A DNA stretch of 64,000 bases from the IMG/VR virus record IMGVR_UViG_3300028666_000022, positions 186,001-250,000 of that record; one strand, written 5' to 3'. Below, piece by piece: positions 1-9,879 of the stretch (the stretch's first letter is position 1; every line of letters begins with the position of its first letter). Both the position numbers and the translations under genes were made by a program. Under the pieces are notes generated by a model that saw only the letters and a list, made by a program, of their open reading frames with translations, was not told the DNA's origin and ran no database searches.

Positions 1-393
1 TAAAGATCGATTAACATAATTTCCAGATAAATCATTTGTATATTGAATTCCCTTAAAATTTGTATCTCCACTAATACTAAATGTTTTATTATTGACATTA
101 ATTAATGTATTTTTTATTAATGTGCCACCCAATTGAATACTTGTTCCTGATATATTTATACCATTTGTTGCATTAACTAACGATTTACTAATTAAATTAA
201 TATCTGCAACACCATTTTTATACCAATATTCTATACCACCAATATTTACGGTTAAACCAGTATATCTATATGATATTGGAACACCCAAATTTACTGCAGA
301 TGTAGATATCCAAGGCGTAGTAACATTTAAATATTTACTGTCAACTGGTTTACCAGTATTAATCGCTAAATTATCATTAAGTATTATTGACAT
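1..393 (-). CDS. Partial (runs off window) virion structural / tail-fibre-like protein
   Basis: Hand translation from ATG at 393: MSIILNDNLAINTGKPVDSKY...RYTGLTVNIGGIEYWYKNG...QLGGTL..., open to position 1. Absent from the ORF track because it is truncated. Gly/Thr/Asn-rich like its neighbours. Confidence 0.7.
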   Translation of the reverse strand, partial: MSIILNDNLAINTGKPVDSKYLNVTTPWISTSAVNLGVPISYRYTGLTVNIGGIEYWYKNGVADINLISKSLVNATNGINISGTSIQLGGTLIKNTLINVNNKTFSISGDTNFKGIQYTNDLSGNYVNRSL

Positions 394-421
394 CTCTTTA
401 TTTTATTTTCATATTTTTATT

Positions 422-2812
422 TTAGCTTACACACATTGGTACACCACATGCTGTTCCAGTTGTAGTACAACTAACATATACCATATAATTACAACCAGTC
501 CAACAACCTTGTGCTGATGTTACAGCAACAATACAATCCGTTGCAAATAAATTCCCAATACCACCAATACAACCATTATTTAAACTACTAACATACCAAC
601 AAGTTTTAACTGACGTACCATTTGGAACTGCAAACCATATATAATCACTTGGTGAACTGTTAAATATTATTGGTAGTGTACCACTAGCTGAAGCAATACA
701 TTTATTTCCTGCAGCAATATCAGAACTACCAAGTACCTGTGATGTACATTTTCCCCAATACCAAGGCAATATACCAGAAATTGATGATGAAGCAAAACTT
801 GTTGTTCCAGAAGACAATGGAGAACAATAATTACTACCACCACTTCCTTTTGGTTGAATACCAGAATTATATGTTGTATCTACTGACCATGTTTGACTTC
901 CACCAGAAACAACATAATTATTAGCTGTTTTAACTACGCTTGAACCACTACAAACATATAAACCCGCTACTTGAGAGCCAGTAAAACAATATTTATTTGC
1001 AGTTCCACTTCTAAATGGAGAAGTACTACAATATTGTGGACTAATAGATCCTCTATTAAAACATCCAGTAATATTTAAACTAGATATTGAACATCCGATT
1101 TCAAATGTACCTGAAGGAGATAATAAAATTGATGTACTTGGTGCAGTTAATGTACCAAATAATTCTGGTGCTAAAATATCTTGAAATAATTGAAATACTG
1201 TTTTTCCTGTTAATGCAGTACCAATAGTAATTCCACCAACAGTACATGTTGCTGGTGAATTTAGATTATATTTTGCATCATGAACTACAATAGTATTACC
1301 TACTTGGGATAATGCAGTACTACCACTACCCAATAATGAATTAAATCGTAAACAATTGTTTACTTTAGAATCAAATAAACCAATACCAGTTCCAATATTA
1401 ACAGCATTTGTCGTACCTGACGTAGTACCAGTGCTTGTTTGTGTTGCGCCAGAAATAAAAACAAAATTATCATCATAAGAAACACGTATAAGATCATTTG
1501 TTTTTGACATTATGGTTCTTAAATGAAGTTGTTGATTTGTTTTATTTACATAAACTGGTCCACCAATATTATATGTTGTTCCAGTAGTTAAACTACCACT
1601 AACATTTAAAACAACATTACCACCATTATTATATGCTCCTGTTGACCATGTAATACCACTATACATTGCACCAACAGCAGGAAACGCATTTAGAAATGTA
1701 CCAACAGTTTTTGTTATGTCACCATCAACCAAAATCCAACCAACTTGATTTGTTAATCCAGTATAAGTATTATATATCCATGATTTAACTGGAGTTGGTA
1801 TTGTTCTAACATAACCTCTTCTTAATGGTCCATTATAAATTGGAGAACCAATCCTAATTATACCATTAATATCTCTATAATAATAATTATAAACCGAATC
1901 ATATTCACCATTGTAAGCAGGATTAATAGTATTTGATATTATTAATTTTTGTATTCCAGTGCTTCCACTAAAATATCCAACATTTGTTGCACCAGTAACT
2001 GTTTTATTTAAAAATGTTTGTGTTGTACCAGTATATGTATTAAACTGTCCTAATGTAACACCTAGTTGTGTTTGTGTAGTTCCTCTATATTGTATAACAA
2101 TACCAGTATTACCACTAGCTAAAGTAATTAACATTGGTTTAGAAACTTGAGTTAAACCAGTTGGTGAAAATTTAGATAATTTTCCAGAAATACTTGCTAA
2201 ATAATACGTTCTCCCTGCAGTTAATGTTCCACCACTATAATCAACTACACCAGTAGTATTAATATTACCAGAAAAAGTTAAAGTAAAATTACTAATATCT
2301 TTTACAGTACTTACAATACCTAATGGTTCAACCGAAATCGCAGTTGTTGTAGAAACTTTAATAAAAATACTACCATTAAATCCAATTACATCTCCAACAA
2401 TAAAACCATGTGTCAATTGATAAAAATCTTTTGATATTTTTTCCCCCGCTGTAGAAGTACCACCACTAGTAAGAAAAACATTCCAATTGTTATTATCAGC
2501 AAGTGCAGTTAATTTTTGATTAGTAGTATATCCACTCCATACAGAATATGCTACAGATGGTTGTAAATGATATATTATATTATTTTCATATACATGAATA
2601 AGCATTCCTAATCTACGTTGTCCACTAGACAATCCATCAAAATTAATTCCATTAGTATAATCAACTGGTAACGCATCTCTTTCTACTATTGTCGAAACTT
2701 CCATGTATCCACCAACACCCAAAATTGAATGATGTGTACCATAAGTATCACCAGATGAACCTCTAACTATTGGAGAAGCTAATAATGTACCTGTATAATA
2801 TTGACCTGCCAT
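422..2812 (-). CDS. Virion structural protein (fibre/decoration-like), S/T/G-rich, Cys-rich C-terminal region
   Basis: 796 aa, beta-rich composition, THGFIVGDVIGFNG and LTAGRTYYLASISG segments typical of phage structural proteins; 18 Cys, all in the last ~310 aa. Confidence 0.6.
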   Translation of the reverse strand: MAGQYYTGTLLASPIVRGSSGDTYGTHHSILGVGGYMEVSTIVERDALPVDYTNGINFDGLSSGQRRLGMLIHVYENNIIYHLQPSVAYSVWSGYTTNQKLTALADNNNWNVFLTSGGTSTAGEKISKDFYQLTHGFIVGDVIGFNGSIFIKVSTTTAISVEPLGIVSTVKDISNFTLTFSGNINTTGVVDYSGGTLTAGRTYYLASISGKLSKFSPTGLTQVSKPMLITLASGNTGIVIQYRGTTQTQLGVTLGQFNTYTGTTQTFLNKTVTGATNVGYFSGSTGIQKLIISNTINPAYNGEYDSVYNYYYRDINGIIRIGSPIYNGPLRRGYVRTIPTPVKSWIYNTYTGLTNQVGWILVDGDITKTVGTFLNAFPAVGAMYSGITWSTGAYNNGGNVVLNVSGSLTTGTTYNIGGPVYVNKTNQQLHLRTIMSKTNDLIRVSYDDNFVFISGATQTSTGTTSGTTNAVNIGTGIGLFDSKVNNCLRFNSLLGSGSTALSQVGNTIVVHDAKYNLNSPATCTVGGITIGTALTGKTVFQLFQDILAPELFGTLTAPSTSILLSPSGTFEIGCSISSLNITGCFNRGSISPQYCSTSPFRSGTANKYCFTGSQVAGLYVCSGSSVVKTANNYVVSGGSQTWSVDTTYNSGIQPKGSGGSNYCSPLSSGTTSFASSSISGILPWYWGKCTSQVLGSSDIAAGNKCIASASGTLPIIFNSSPSDYIWFAVPNGTSVKTCWYVSSLNNGCIGGIGNLFATDCIVAVTSAQGCWTGCNYMVYVSCTTTGTACGVPMCVS

Positions 2813-2824
2813 TTCTAATTTATT

Positions 2825-3799
2825 TTAAACTACTATAATACTAAATGTTCCAGTTACTCTATTATCTGATCTTGCAACATAATATTGATTACTATATCCA
2901 TTTGTGTTTACAAACGTATTCGTATACAATGTACCAATATTTATATTTCCCCATGCATTATTTGGTAATCCATTTACAGTAAATGTTGGAGTTCCCAATA
3001 CTTTAGGATATGTATAATAAAAAAATTGATTATTTAACGTTATATTAATATTAAGTGCTTTAGTTGTTGATAATATACCAGTCGTAGCACTTAAAACTGG
3101 ATTTATTGCTGAATTACTATATAATGTAGCGTTACCAAAATAAAACTTCTTATTTTGCCAATTAATTGCTGTTGTTGAAGTAGTTGTTTCATTACAACAC
3201 GAAATTGCACATAAACTAAAACCAACTGACGTGCAAGTAATTCCTGAAGCTGGTGTTGTACAAATAAATGGATAAGTATAACTTACTGTTCCACCTGTTG
3301 TCCCAACAGAACCATTTGTTAATATTGCACAATTATATAATCCACTTCCATTAGTACTCCCACTTATATTACGAATAGGATACGTATTCCTTACTACATT
3401 CCAACATAAATTACCCACACTACAATCACCAAATTGCCTTGATGCACCACCAGTTGCAATACTTAAACTTGATGAAGGTCCAACTGCAGGAAAAAAATAA
3501 TTTTCAAGAAAGCATTGAACCGTACATCCTGTACCTGTATTTACTGCTGGAATCCCAGAACGAGTAGTAATACGATTTGTGTTAAAAACAGGAGTACTAC
3601 CAGCACCAGAACAGTGTAATTTAATTTTACCACCAATATATGTTAAAACAGTACCAGTAGTAGCACCAGTTGTAGCATCAATTTCAATTCCCTTTGATTT
3701 TAATACTCCAACAAAATTAGTCGTACCTGACATAGTTAAAGTACTACCAGTCAATTGTTTAAAACTTACATCTTCCAGATTAGGCCTAGCAAAGAACAT
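2825..3799 (-). CDS. Virion structural protein, S/T/G-rich with Cys-rich middle
   Basis: 324 aa, composition like the neighbouring gene; GTATTTATA motif upstream. Confidence 0.55.
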   Translation of the reverse strand: MFFARPNLEDVSFKQLTGSTLTMSGTTNFVGVLKSKGIEIDATTGATTGTVLTYIGGKIKLHCSGAGSTPVFNTNRITTRSGIPAVNTGTGCTVQCFLENYFFPAVGPSSSLSIATGGASRQFGDCSVGNLCWNVVRNTYPIRNISGSTNGSGLYNCAILTNGSVGTTGGTVSYTYPFICTTPASGITCTSVGFSLCAISCCNETTTSTTAINWQNKKFYFGNATLYSNSAINPVLSATTGILSTTKALNINITLNNQFFYYTYPKVLGTPTFTVNGLPNNAWGNINIGTLYTNTFVNTNGYSNQYYVARSDNRVTGTFSIIVV

Positions 3800-3870
3800 A
3801 TGTCTATATTGTATTTATATTATTTTTAATAATTTTAAATAAATTATATTATGTATTTTAATTTATTTAT

Positions 3871-3879
3871 TATAAATAC
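3871..3879 (-). promoter_or_regulatory. Candidate late promoter motif GTATTTATA
   Basis: TATAAATAC on + strand = GTATTTATA on the coding strand; recurs upstream of several structural genes. Confidence 0.5.
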
Positions 3880-3899
3880 AAAAAATTTTAATTAAAATC

Positions 3900-3935
3900 A
3901 AAAATCCTCACAAGATTTAACTTATGAGGATTTTT
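3900..3935. terminator. Intrinsic terminator hairpin downstream of helicase
   Basis: AAAAATCCTCA...TGAGGATTTTT inverted repeat with A/T runs on both sides. Confidence 0.7.
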
Positions 3936-3958
3936 AAAACAATAGTATGGCAATACTA

Positions 3959-6820
3959 TTAAAACTTATTTTTATTCATTTTCATTAATGTATTAATTAA
4001 AAACTTATCACTATCAGTCATTTCATCAACATTATTTATTCTACTCTCAACATCTTCAATACTCTCTTGCGTAATATTATGTTTTTTTAAAATATTTTCA
4101 TGTATCTCTTTATCAACATCAACATTATTATCAGATTCAATTTCAAGTAAATCATGTGCTGGTTGAACATTTTCTTCAACAATAATTGCTTCAATAATAT
4201 CATTATTTTTAGAATTATCAAACTCTTTAATATTATTTCCAAAATCCATTATATCCCCAACAGTTCTATTATCAGAACCATCTGTTGGGATAGCATCACA
4301 TATTCTAGCATGAAATTCTACGGCACTTGCTTTACTCTCTAATTTCTTAATTTCATCATCACCATATTTTTTTATACCTTTATATCTATTACTAGTATAT
4401 CTATCATCCTTAATAATAATTTCCATACTATCATTATTGAAAATACAGTCTTTAAATGTTTGTCCATCTTGAGCAAATCTAGCTTTAAGAATTCTAATAT
4501 TAGCCAAATGTGCTTCTTTTTGATCTGGTGTTTTAGCTACCGACATAAAAAAATGTGCTTTCTGTAATCTTTTAATTGATCCACCAGTATGATGTGATTC
4601 TACTAATTCTTGATCGATTGATCCGCGTCCTCCCTGTAATGCCGACCATGATGGTATATCAAAATCTGCTGCCATTGCTTCAAATGATTTTATTACGACA
4701 AGTTCAGCATCATTTTTATCATTTGTTTTTTTATGTGAATCAACACAATCAAGATAATCAAGAACTAAAATATCAAACTTAAATCCATGTTTTTTTTGAT
4801 ATCTTAAAATCCAACTACGAATATCTTTCATTGTTGTATCTTCTTGACTCATTCTTTTAATAATAAGTCTACCCTTATTTCCTAATTGTTCTATTTTTTC
4901 ATTTACTTTCTTTATGACAATATCATTATTATCATTAATTTCACTTAATTTAACATCACTCCAAATAGTATAATGTTTCCTTTTAATTTGATCTTCCGTA
5001 TCTTCAAATATTATTTGAAGTACATTATAATCTAATTCACGTGCAGTATTAGCTATTTTAGTTAAAATCGTTGTATTATGTGTTAATATATAATCATCAG
5101 TAACATATAAATGATCATCATTTTCAACATATATACATTGTGCATCTTCTTCATGTGAATAAGAAATATTCGAAATATATTTATTATTTTTATATTTTTC
5201 TCTATAAATAACACGATCTTGTTTTCTTTTTAACCTAAATGGTATTAACGTATTGTCAGAAAACGATAATGTTAAAATATACGATTTTTGTCCAATTCTT
5301 ATTTCATTATTATATTTATATTTTGGTATTTTTTCTCGTATACTACAAAATCCACCCAAAGATAAAATTAATTCTTTTACGTCTAAAGCTAATTGTTTAG
5401 AAACACTACAATATTGTATTCTTCCATTTTTTGATGCGTAACCATCAGTATCTAATAAACCATTTAATAATAAAATTCTATTTTCAATACTATTATATTT
5501 GTAATCATCAGGTATAAATTTATTATTAGATAATTTATCAAATAAATTATATTTTTTTAATTCATTTGAACATTTAAATAATCTTATAACAAATAAATCA
5601 TTTTTTTTATTTTTTAATTGTTTTATTGATATATTTTTATCATAAAATTTTTTAATATTATTAATAATTTCAATATCTCCACTAGTTATACGACTATCTC
5701 TCATATAACCATCACCTAACATAGCTCCAATTACATAAGGATGGATTAATACATTTTTCTCATTAAAATTAACTGGTTGAATTATTGGTATTCTGTAATT
5801 TAATTTATTTTCTGATTTTCCGGTCAACCTATAATTTTTCAGTAATGAATCAACGGTTAATGGTTTATATGTATAATTTGGTTTTTTTATATATTTACCC
5901 TTTATTTTAGTACTTAATGTTCGTTGATTTATTGAATTTACTGCCCAAAGATGTTCTTTATCACAAAATGTGGTTGTTTGATCATTAAATTCAATTTTAT
6001 AAATCGGCCTTTTCCCTTGTGGAAAAACACCTAAAACCTTTTGTGATTTTCCATCACTTCCAATAACTAAATCATTAACTTTAACATCACCCATTTTAAT
6101 CCATCCATTTGGTGTAAGTATTTTGGATGTAAGAGGTTGTGCTTTACCAACGCCACTAGGTGTTAAAATTAAACCAATTTCACCTTTACCAAGACCCCCA
6201 CCAGTTAATTCATCAATTACTTGAATACCAGTTGGTATTGTTTGTCTAAATTCTTTTCTTAATGCTTTTTCAATTCCTTCAGTAACATCAGTACCATAAT
6301 CTTCATCATCACCAATATGTCCAATTTTTTGAATTTTTTCTTCAATTAAAGCCAGAGTATTTTTTATTTTAATATCTCCATTTTTTGTCTTATCTAAAAT
6401 AAATTCACCTAATTTTCTATATTCTTGTTGTCTTATGAATGTATGTGTTGCTTTTTGAATTACATCGCCATCGTGTAATAATTGTTTATTTAAAACTCTT
6501 TCATTCCATAATTCAATTCTCCTAATAACTGAAAATAATGATTCTTCTTCAATTACATTATTCGGAGTTTTAAACTTATTTATGGCTTGATGTATACTTT
6601 GATTTTGAAGATTAGGTACTTTCTCAAATTCCTTAATAAATTCAAGTATAATTAGAAATAATCTTTTTAAATTAGGATCATCAAAATATTCAACAGCAAT
6701 ATCTGGTATTATTTTTTCTGCAAATTCTGGTTCTACCAACAGTTGCCACATTAATCTTTGTTGAAATTCAGGACCTAAATATGCTGTTAAAGTATTATCT
6801 TTATCAATATGCTCACTCAT
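3959..6820 (-). CDS. Replicative DnaB/T4 gp41-like helicase, interrupted by an intein
   Basis: IPTGIQVIDELTGGGLGKGE, Walker A TPSGVGK/T split by the intein, Walker B ILVLDYLD, ALQGGR, ILKARF. Confidence 0.9.
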   Translation of the reverse strand: MSEHIDKDNTLTAYLGPEFQQRLMWQLLVEPEFAEKIIPDIAVEYFDDPNLKRLFLIILEFIKEFEKVPNLQNQSIHQAINKFKTPNNVIEEESLFSVIRRIELWNERVLNKQLLHDGDVIQKATHTFIRQQEYRKLGEFILDKTKNGDIKIKNTLALIEEKIQKIGHIGDDEDYGTDVTEGIEKALRKEFRQTIPTGIQVIDELTGGGLGKGEIGLILTPSGVGKAQPLTSKILTPNGWIKMGDVKVNDLVIGSDGKSQKVLGVFPQGKRPIYKIEFNDQTTTFCDKEHLWAVNSINQRTLSTKIKGKYIKKPNYTYKPLTVDSLLKNYRLTGKSENKLNYRIPIIQPVNFNEKNVLIHPYVIGAMLGDGYMRDSRITSGDIEIINNIKKFYDKNISIKQLKNKKNDLFVIRLFKCSNELKKYNLFDKLSNNKFIPDDYKYNSIENRILLLNGLLDTDGYASKNGRIQYCSVSKQLALDVKELILSLGGFCSIREKIPKYKYNNEIRIGQKSYILTLSFSDNTLIPFRLKRKQDRVIYREKYKNNKYISNISYSHEEDAQCIYVENDDHLYVTDDYILTHNTTILTKIANTARELDYNVLQIIFEDTEDQIKRKHYTIWSDVKLSEINDNNDIVIKKVNEKIEQLGNKGRLIIKRMSQEDTTMKDIRSWILRYQKKHGFKFDILVLDYLDCVDSHKKTNDKNDAELVVIKSFEAMAADFDIPSWSALQGGRGSIDQELVESHHTGGSIKRLQKAHFFMSVAKTPDQKEAHLANIRILKARFAQDGQTFKDCIFNNDSMEIIIKDDRYTSNRYKGIKKYGDDEIKKLESKASAVEFHARICDAIPTDGSDNRTVGDIMDFGNNIKEFDNSKNNDIIEAIIVEENVQPAHDLLEIESDNNVDVDKEIHENILKKHNITQESIEDVESRINNVDEMTDSDKFLINTLMKMNKNKF
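5075..6142 (-). mobile_element. Intein (356 aa, class 3-type, Ala1) with LAGLIDADG homing endonuclease
   Basis: Begins AQPLTSKILTPNGW after GVGK and ends YILTHN/T. Block B CDKEHLW, block F AQCIYV, LAGLIDADG motifs PYVIGAMLGDG and LLNGLLDTDG. Confidence 0.9.
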
Positions 6821-6927
6821 TATTAATATATAACATATAAAAATACTAGGAATATCTGTAAAAATGTTATTATAAGATCAAAAATTTAGTTCAATCTTAT
6901 AATAACATGAATTTTAAAAAAATTGTT

Positions 6928-7263
6928 TTAACCAACAAGTTTTGTTAATAAACTACCTACTTCTATAAGTTTTGCATTTTCTATTGTCATTTCGTTAAGC
7001 AAAACATATAAATTATCTGTAATATTTTGTGGACTTTTTTCTTGAATATTATCAACTTTTACATCAACGTCTGGTTGAGTAAATTTACTAACACATCTTG
7101 AGAGGTAATTACTATTATCTCTCATTTTTAATATTTCGTTTCTAAATCTATCTAATATTTTATCAAATTCAGCTTTATCTTCAAGAATTTTATCTTGAAA
7201 AGTAGGATTCCTTGTACCATAAGTATTATTAGAATTTGATTCATTGTATGCACCAGCTATCAT
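6928..7263 (-). CDS. Hypothetical protein
   Basis: 111-aa ORF in operon orientation. Confidence 0.6.
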   Translation of the reverse strand: MIAGAYNESNSNNTYGTRNPTFQDKILEDKAEFDKILDRFRNEILKMRDNSNYLSRCVSKFTQPDVDVKVDNIQEKSPQNITDNLYVLLNEMTIENAKLIEVGSLLTKLVG

Positions 7264-7297
7264 AATATTAATTTTTAATTAATGAATCTCATTATTT

Positions 7298-7933
7298 TTA
7301 AACTCTAGTCATTCTTCTTATCATTTCTTCCCTTTTTGGAACTGAAAGTTGTCTTATTTGATCAATTGTTAATCCACAAGTATTAATCAAATCATAATCA
7401 TTCCACATATTTTTAATATCATTTTTCTTTATTCTATCAAAAATACTATCTGTTATTTCAACAACAGTATCTACTACATCAACAGAATATCTTGCAACTG
7501 GATTAAATCCATCAACATAAAATAATCTTTCAACTATTGGATTTTGATTTATATATAAACCCATTTTACATTCAACACCTCTAATAGTTTTTTCTTCAAT
7601 ATGTTGAACTCTCGTTTGTGGATTATAACGAATATCATTTCTATCTTCTTCAGGAAATGAATTTATTAAATTCTGCTGGTAATAATAAAGATCATAATAT
7701 ATATTCGGAGAATTATCAACATTAATATCTTCTCTTCCTACTTCAGCAATTACATCATACTTCTTTTTTGATAATACTTTCTGTAATTTACTTATTGCCT
7801 TTGGCAAAATATCCCTAATGTCTATGGAATACCTAGTAAAAGGATTAAATACATCAGCATCAAAAATTTTTTCACATAATAATACATTCCCCTGATATAA
7901 GGAAAACCTAAAAGCATTGTTATTATCACTCAT
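7298..7933 (-). CDS. Hypothetical protein (start revised to ATG at 7933, MSDNNN)
   Basis: The upstream extension in the ORF track is low-complexity and overlaps another small ORF; a TAnnTTTG box at 7965-7972 precedes this ATG. Confidence 0.65.
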   Translation of the reverse strand: MSDNNNAFRFSLYQGNVLLCEKIFDADVFNPFTRYSIDIRDILPKAISKLQKVLSKKKYDVIAEVGREDINVDNSPNIYYDLYYYQQNLINSFPEEDRNDIRYNPQTRVQHIEEKTIRGVECKMGLYINQNPIVERLFYVDGFNPVARYSVDVVDTVVEITDSIFDRIKKNDIKNMWNDYDLINTCGLTIDQIRQLSVPKREEMIRRMTRV

Positions 7934-7964
7934 ATTTTTAATTATTAATTTGTTTATAACACAA

Positions 7965-7972
7965 CAAATATA
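7965..7972 (-). promoter_or_regulatory. Bacteroidota-type -7 promoter box TATATTTG
   Basis: CAAATATA on + strand, intergenic, upstream of ATG 7933. Confidence 0.45.
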
Positions 7973-8001
7973 AATTATATTTTTTAATAGTAAAAGGGTT
8001 T

Positions 8002-8136
8002 TTAAAAAAATATAACAGAAATTAAAATAATTAATTGCACTAAATAAAATATTATTAAATATATGGCAAATAAAAACCATATAATTAATTTATTATTAGT
8101 TCCAATCAACTTAAACACATTGATAATTCTTTTCAT
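8002..8136 (-). CDS. Small single-pass membrane peptide (44 aa)
   Basis: Hand translation MKRIINVFKLIGTNNKLIIWFLFAIYLIIFYLVQLIILISVIFF; tightly packed behind 8148..8348. Confidence 0.4.
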   Translation of the reverse strand: MKRIINVFKLIGTNNKLIIWFLFAIYLIIFYLVQLIILISVIFF

Positions 8137-8147
8137 AAAATTATTTA

Positions 8148-8348
8148 TTAAAATAAATTAAAATAATCACTACACAATCCTCCAAATACCATTGCAAATA
8201 AATAACCAACAGGTATTGTACAAAAGAAAAACATTAAATACCAAGGATCGAAATGTAAATAATGCACCCCAATATAAGGAAATAACATTATTATAAATGT
8301 AATAATTATAATAATTAAGAAACATGAATAACCCACAATTTTTTTCAT
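8148..8348 (-). CDS. Small membrane protein (2 predicted TM segments)
   Basis: 66 aa, two hydrophobic stretches. Confidence 0.55.
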   Translation of the reverse strand: MKKIVGYSCFLIIIIITFIIMLFPYIGVHYLHFDPWYLMFFFCTIPVGYLFAMVFGGLCSDYFNLF

Positions 8349-8362
8349 AATTTTTCTTTTAA

Positions 8363-8827
8363 TTAAACATTTTCAATATTATATTCTTCAGGTATTAATA
8401 ATTCACATTTATTTGTATTATATATTCCAAACGTACTATCAATTTCTCTAAATTTATCTTCAATTTTATTTAATATTAATCCAGACAACATAAAAAGTTT
8501 AGCATTATATTCATCATAAGGAAAATCAATAATAATTTTTTTAAATTTTATTTCTTCAACAACAGGAATTAATTCATTTTTACTATATTCTAATAATTTA
8601 TATAATAAAAAATTTTTCTTAATATTATGATCAAATGAAACTAATTCTAAATTTATTTCATTATTATTCGTATTTTTTGAAATAAAAATAAAATATTTAA
8701 ATTTTTCTGAATCATATGTGCCATTAATCTTAATTTGTTCTTCTTTTTGTTTCTCATATTGTTTTCTTAAATCATCAAAACCTAAACGAAAAACAGTATT
8801 TATTTTTTCTTTTTTCATATTAATCAT
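8363..8827 (-). CDS. Hypothetical protein
   Basis: 154-aa ORF overlapping the exonuclease stop. Confidence 0.55.
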   Translation of the reverse strand: MINMKKEKINTVFRLGFDDLRKQYEKQKEEQIKINGTYDSEKFKYFIFISKNTNNNEINLELVSFDHNIKKNFLLYKLLEYSKNELIPVVEEIKFKKIIIDFPYDEYNAKLFMLSGLILNKIEDKFREIDSTFGIYNTNKCELLIPEEYNIENV

Positions 8828-9876
8828 AATTTAGTTTTACTATTTTTATAATACTCTGTTAATAACTGTTTTTCATTCATTATTACAGTATAAAACGGTT
8901 CGATATAATTAACAAATGTACTTCCATACACAGTCAAAAATTCATCTTCCACCATCATTTTATATAAATTCTTACTTCCTCTATTCTCTGGTGATAATGG
9001 CATTTCTAATTGTTCTAACTCATTTAAAGCCTGTTCATTTAAAAACGGTTCTTTTAAATTTATTAATTTATGATTTAATTTTAACCTCTCGACATTATTT
9101 AATAAATTCTCAAATGCCTTTAATGGTTTTAATTTCTTTGAAACTCTTTCCTTATTTAATTCTGCAGCTTTTTGACACACATCTTTTACACTAAAATGTT
9201 TGAACTGCATCTCTGGAAAATATTTTAATAATGTCGGTTCTTTTAACCCATCAATTCCTTTTATATTATCTGAAACATCTCCACATATTATTTTCATTGT
9301 TAATGCATTGGAATAATGATAACCAAAATTAAAAAAATAATTGGACTTTGTTACTGGCTGCTCTATATTTGAAAATATTATCGTTATATTCAAATCTAAT
9401 AATTGTGAAAAATCTCGATCATTGGTGAATATATGAATTTCTTCAGTATTATTATGATCTATGCAATATTTAGCAATTAGGTCATCAGCTTCCACCTCTA
9501 ATATTTCTAACTGTCTTACGAAGATTTCCTCAAGATAAGCTTGCGTCCTCTTGCGATTTGATAAAATACTCTTTGATTTCTCTTCTTCTCTTTTGATTTC
9601 AGCTTCAGACATTTCGATCTGGCTGTACCACTCCTTATTCTTTCTTGTAGATTTATAATCACTTGATAATCTGTGTCTTAGAACCCCACCATTTTGTCCA
9701 TCCCAACAAACAATAACTTTATTTATTTTATAATCTTTAATTAATTTACGTAATTTTGTGAGAAATCCATATAATCCAGAAATTTGCCCAAATGATTGTG
9801 TAAAAGTACTCTTACCTCCTTCAAATGAACGTTTTAGTAAATAATTACCATCAATTAATAATGTTCTATTTTTCAT
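8824..9876 (-). CDS. 5'-3' exonuclease / flap endonuclease (Pol I N-terminal or T4 RNase H-like)
   Basis: LLIDGN, VCWDG, YKSTRK, EADDLIA, TNDRDFSQL, GDVSDNIKGIDG motifs. Confidence 0.9.
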   Translation of the reverse strand: MKNRTLLIDGNYLLKRSFEGGKSTFTQSFGQISGLYGFLTKLRKLIKDYKINKVIVCWDGQNGGVLRHRLSSDYKSTRKNKEWYSQIEMSEAEIKREEEKSKSILSNRKRTQAYLEEIFVRQLEILEVEADDLIAKYCIDHNNTEEIHIFTNDRDFSQLLDLNITIIFSNIEQPVTKSNYFFNFGYHYSNALTMKIICGDVSDNIKGIDGLKEPTLLKYFPEMQFKHFSVKDVCQKAAELNKERVSKKLKPLKAFENLLNNVERLKLNHKLINLKEPFLNEQALNELEQLEMPLSPENRGSKNLYKMMVEDEFLTVYGSTFVNYIEPFYTVIMNEKQLLTEYYKNSKTKL

Positions 9877-9879
9877 TTC

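Noticed and set aside
7934-8080. N-terminal extensions given by the ORF track (also 14006-14056, 63339-63365, 11497-11508)
   Set aside because: Low-complexity sequence overlapping promoter, terminator or other ORF features; downstream ATGs fit better.
8002-8348. Holin/lysis cassette
   Set aside because: Small TM proteins are present, but there is no adjacent endolysin or spanin and the context is replication genes; insufficient support.
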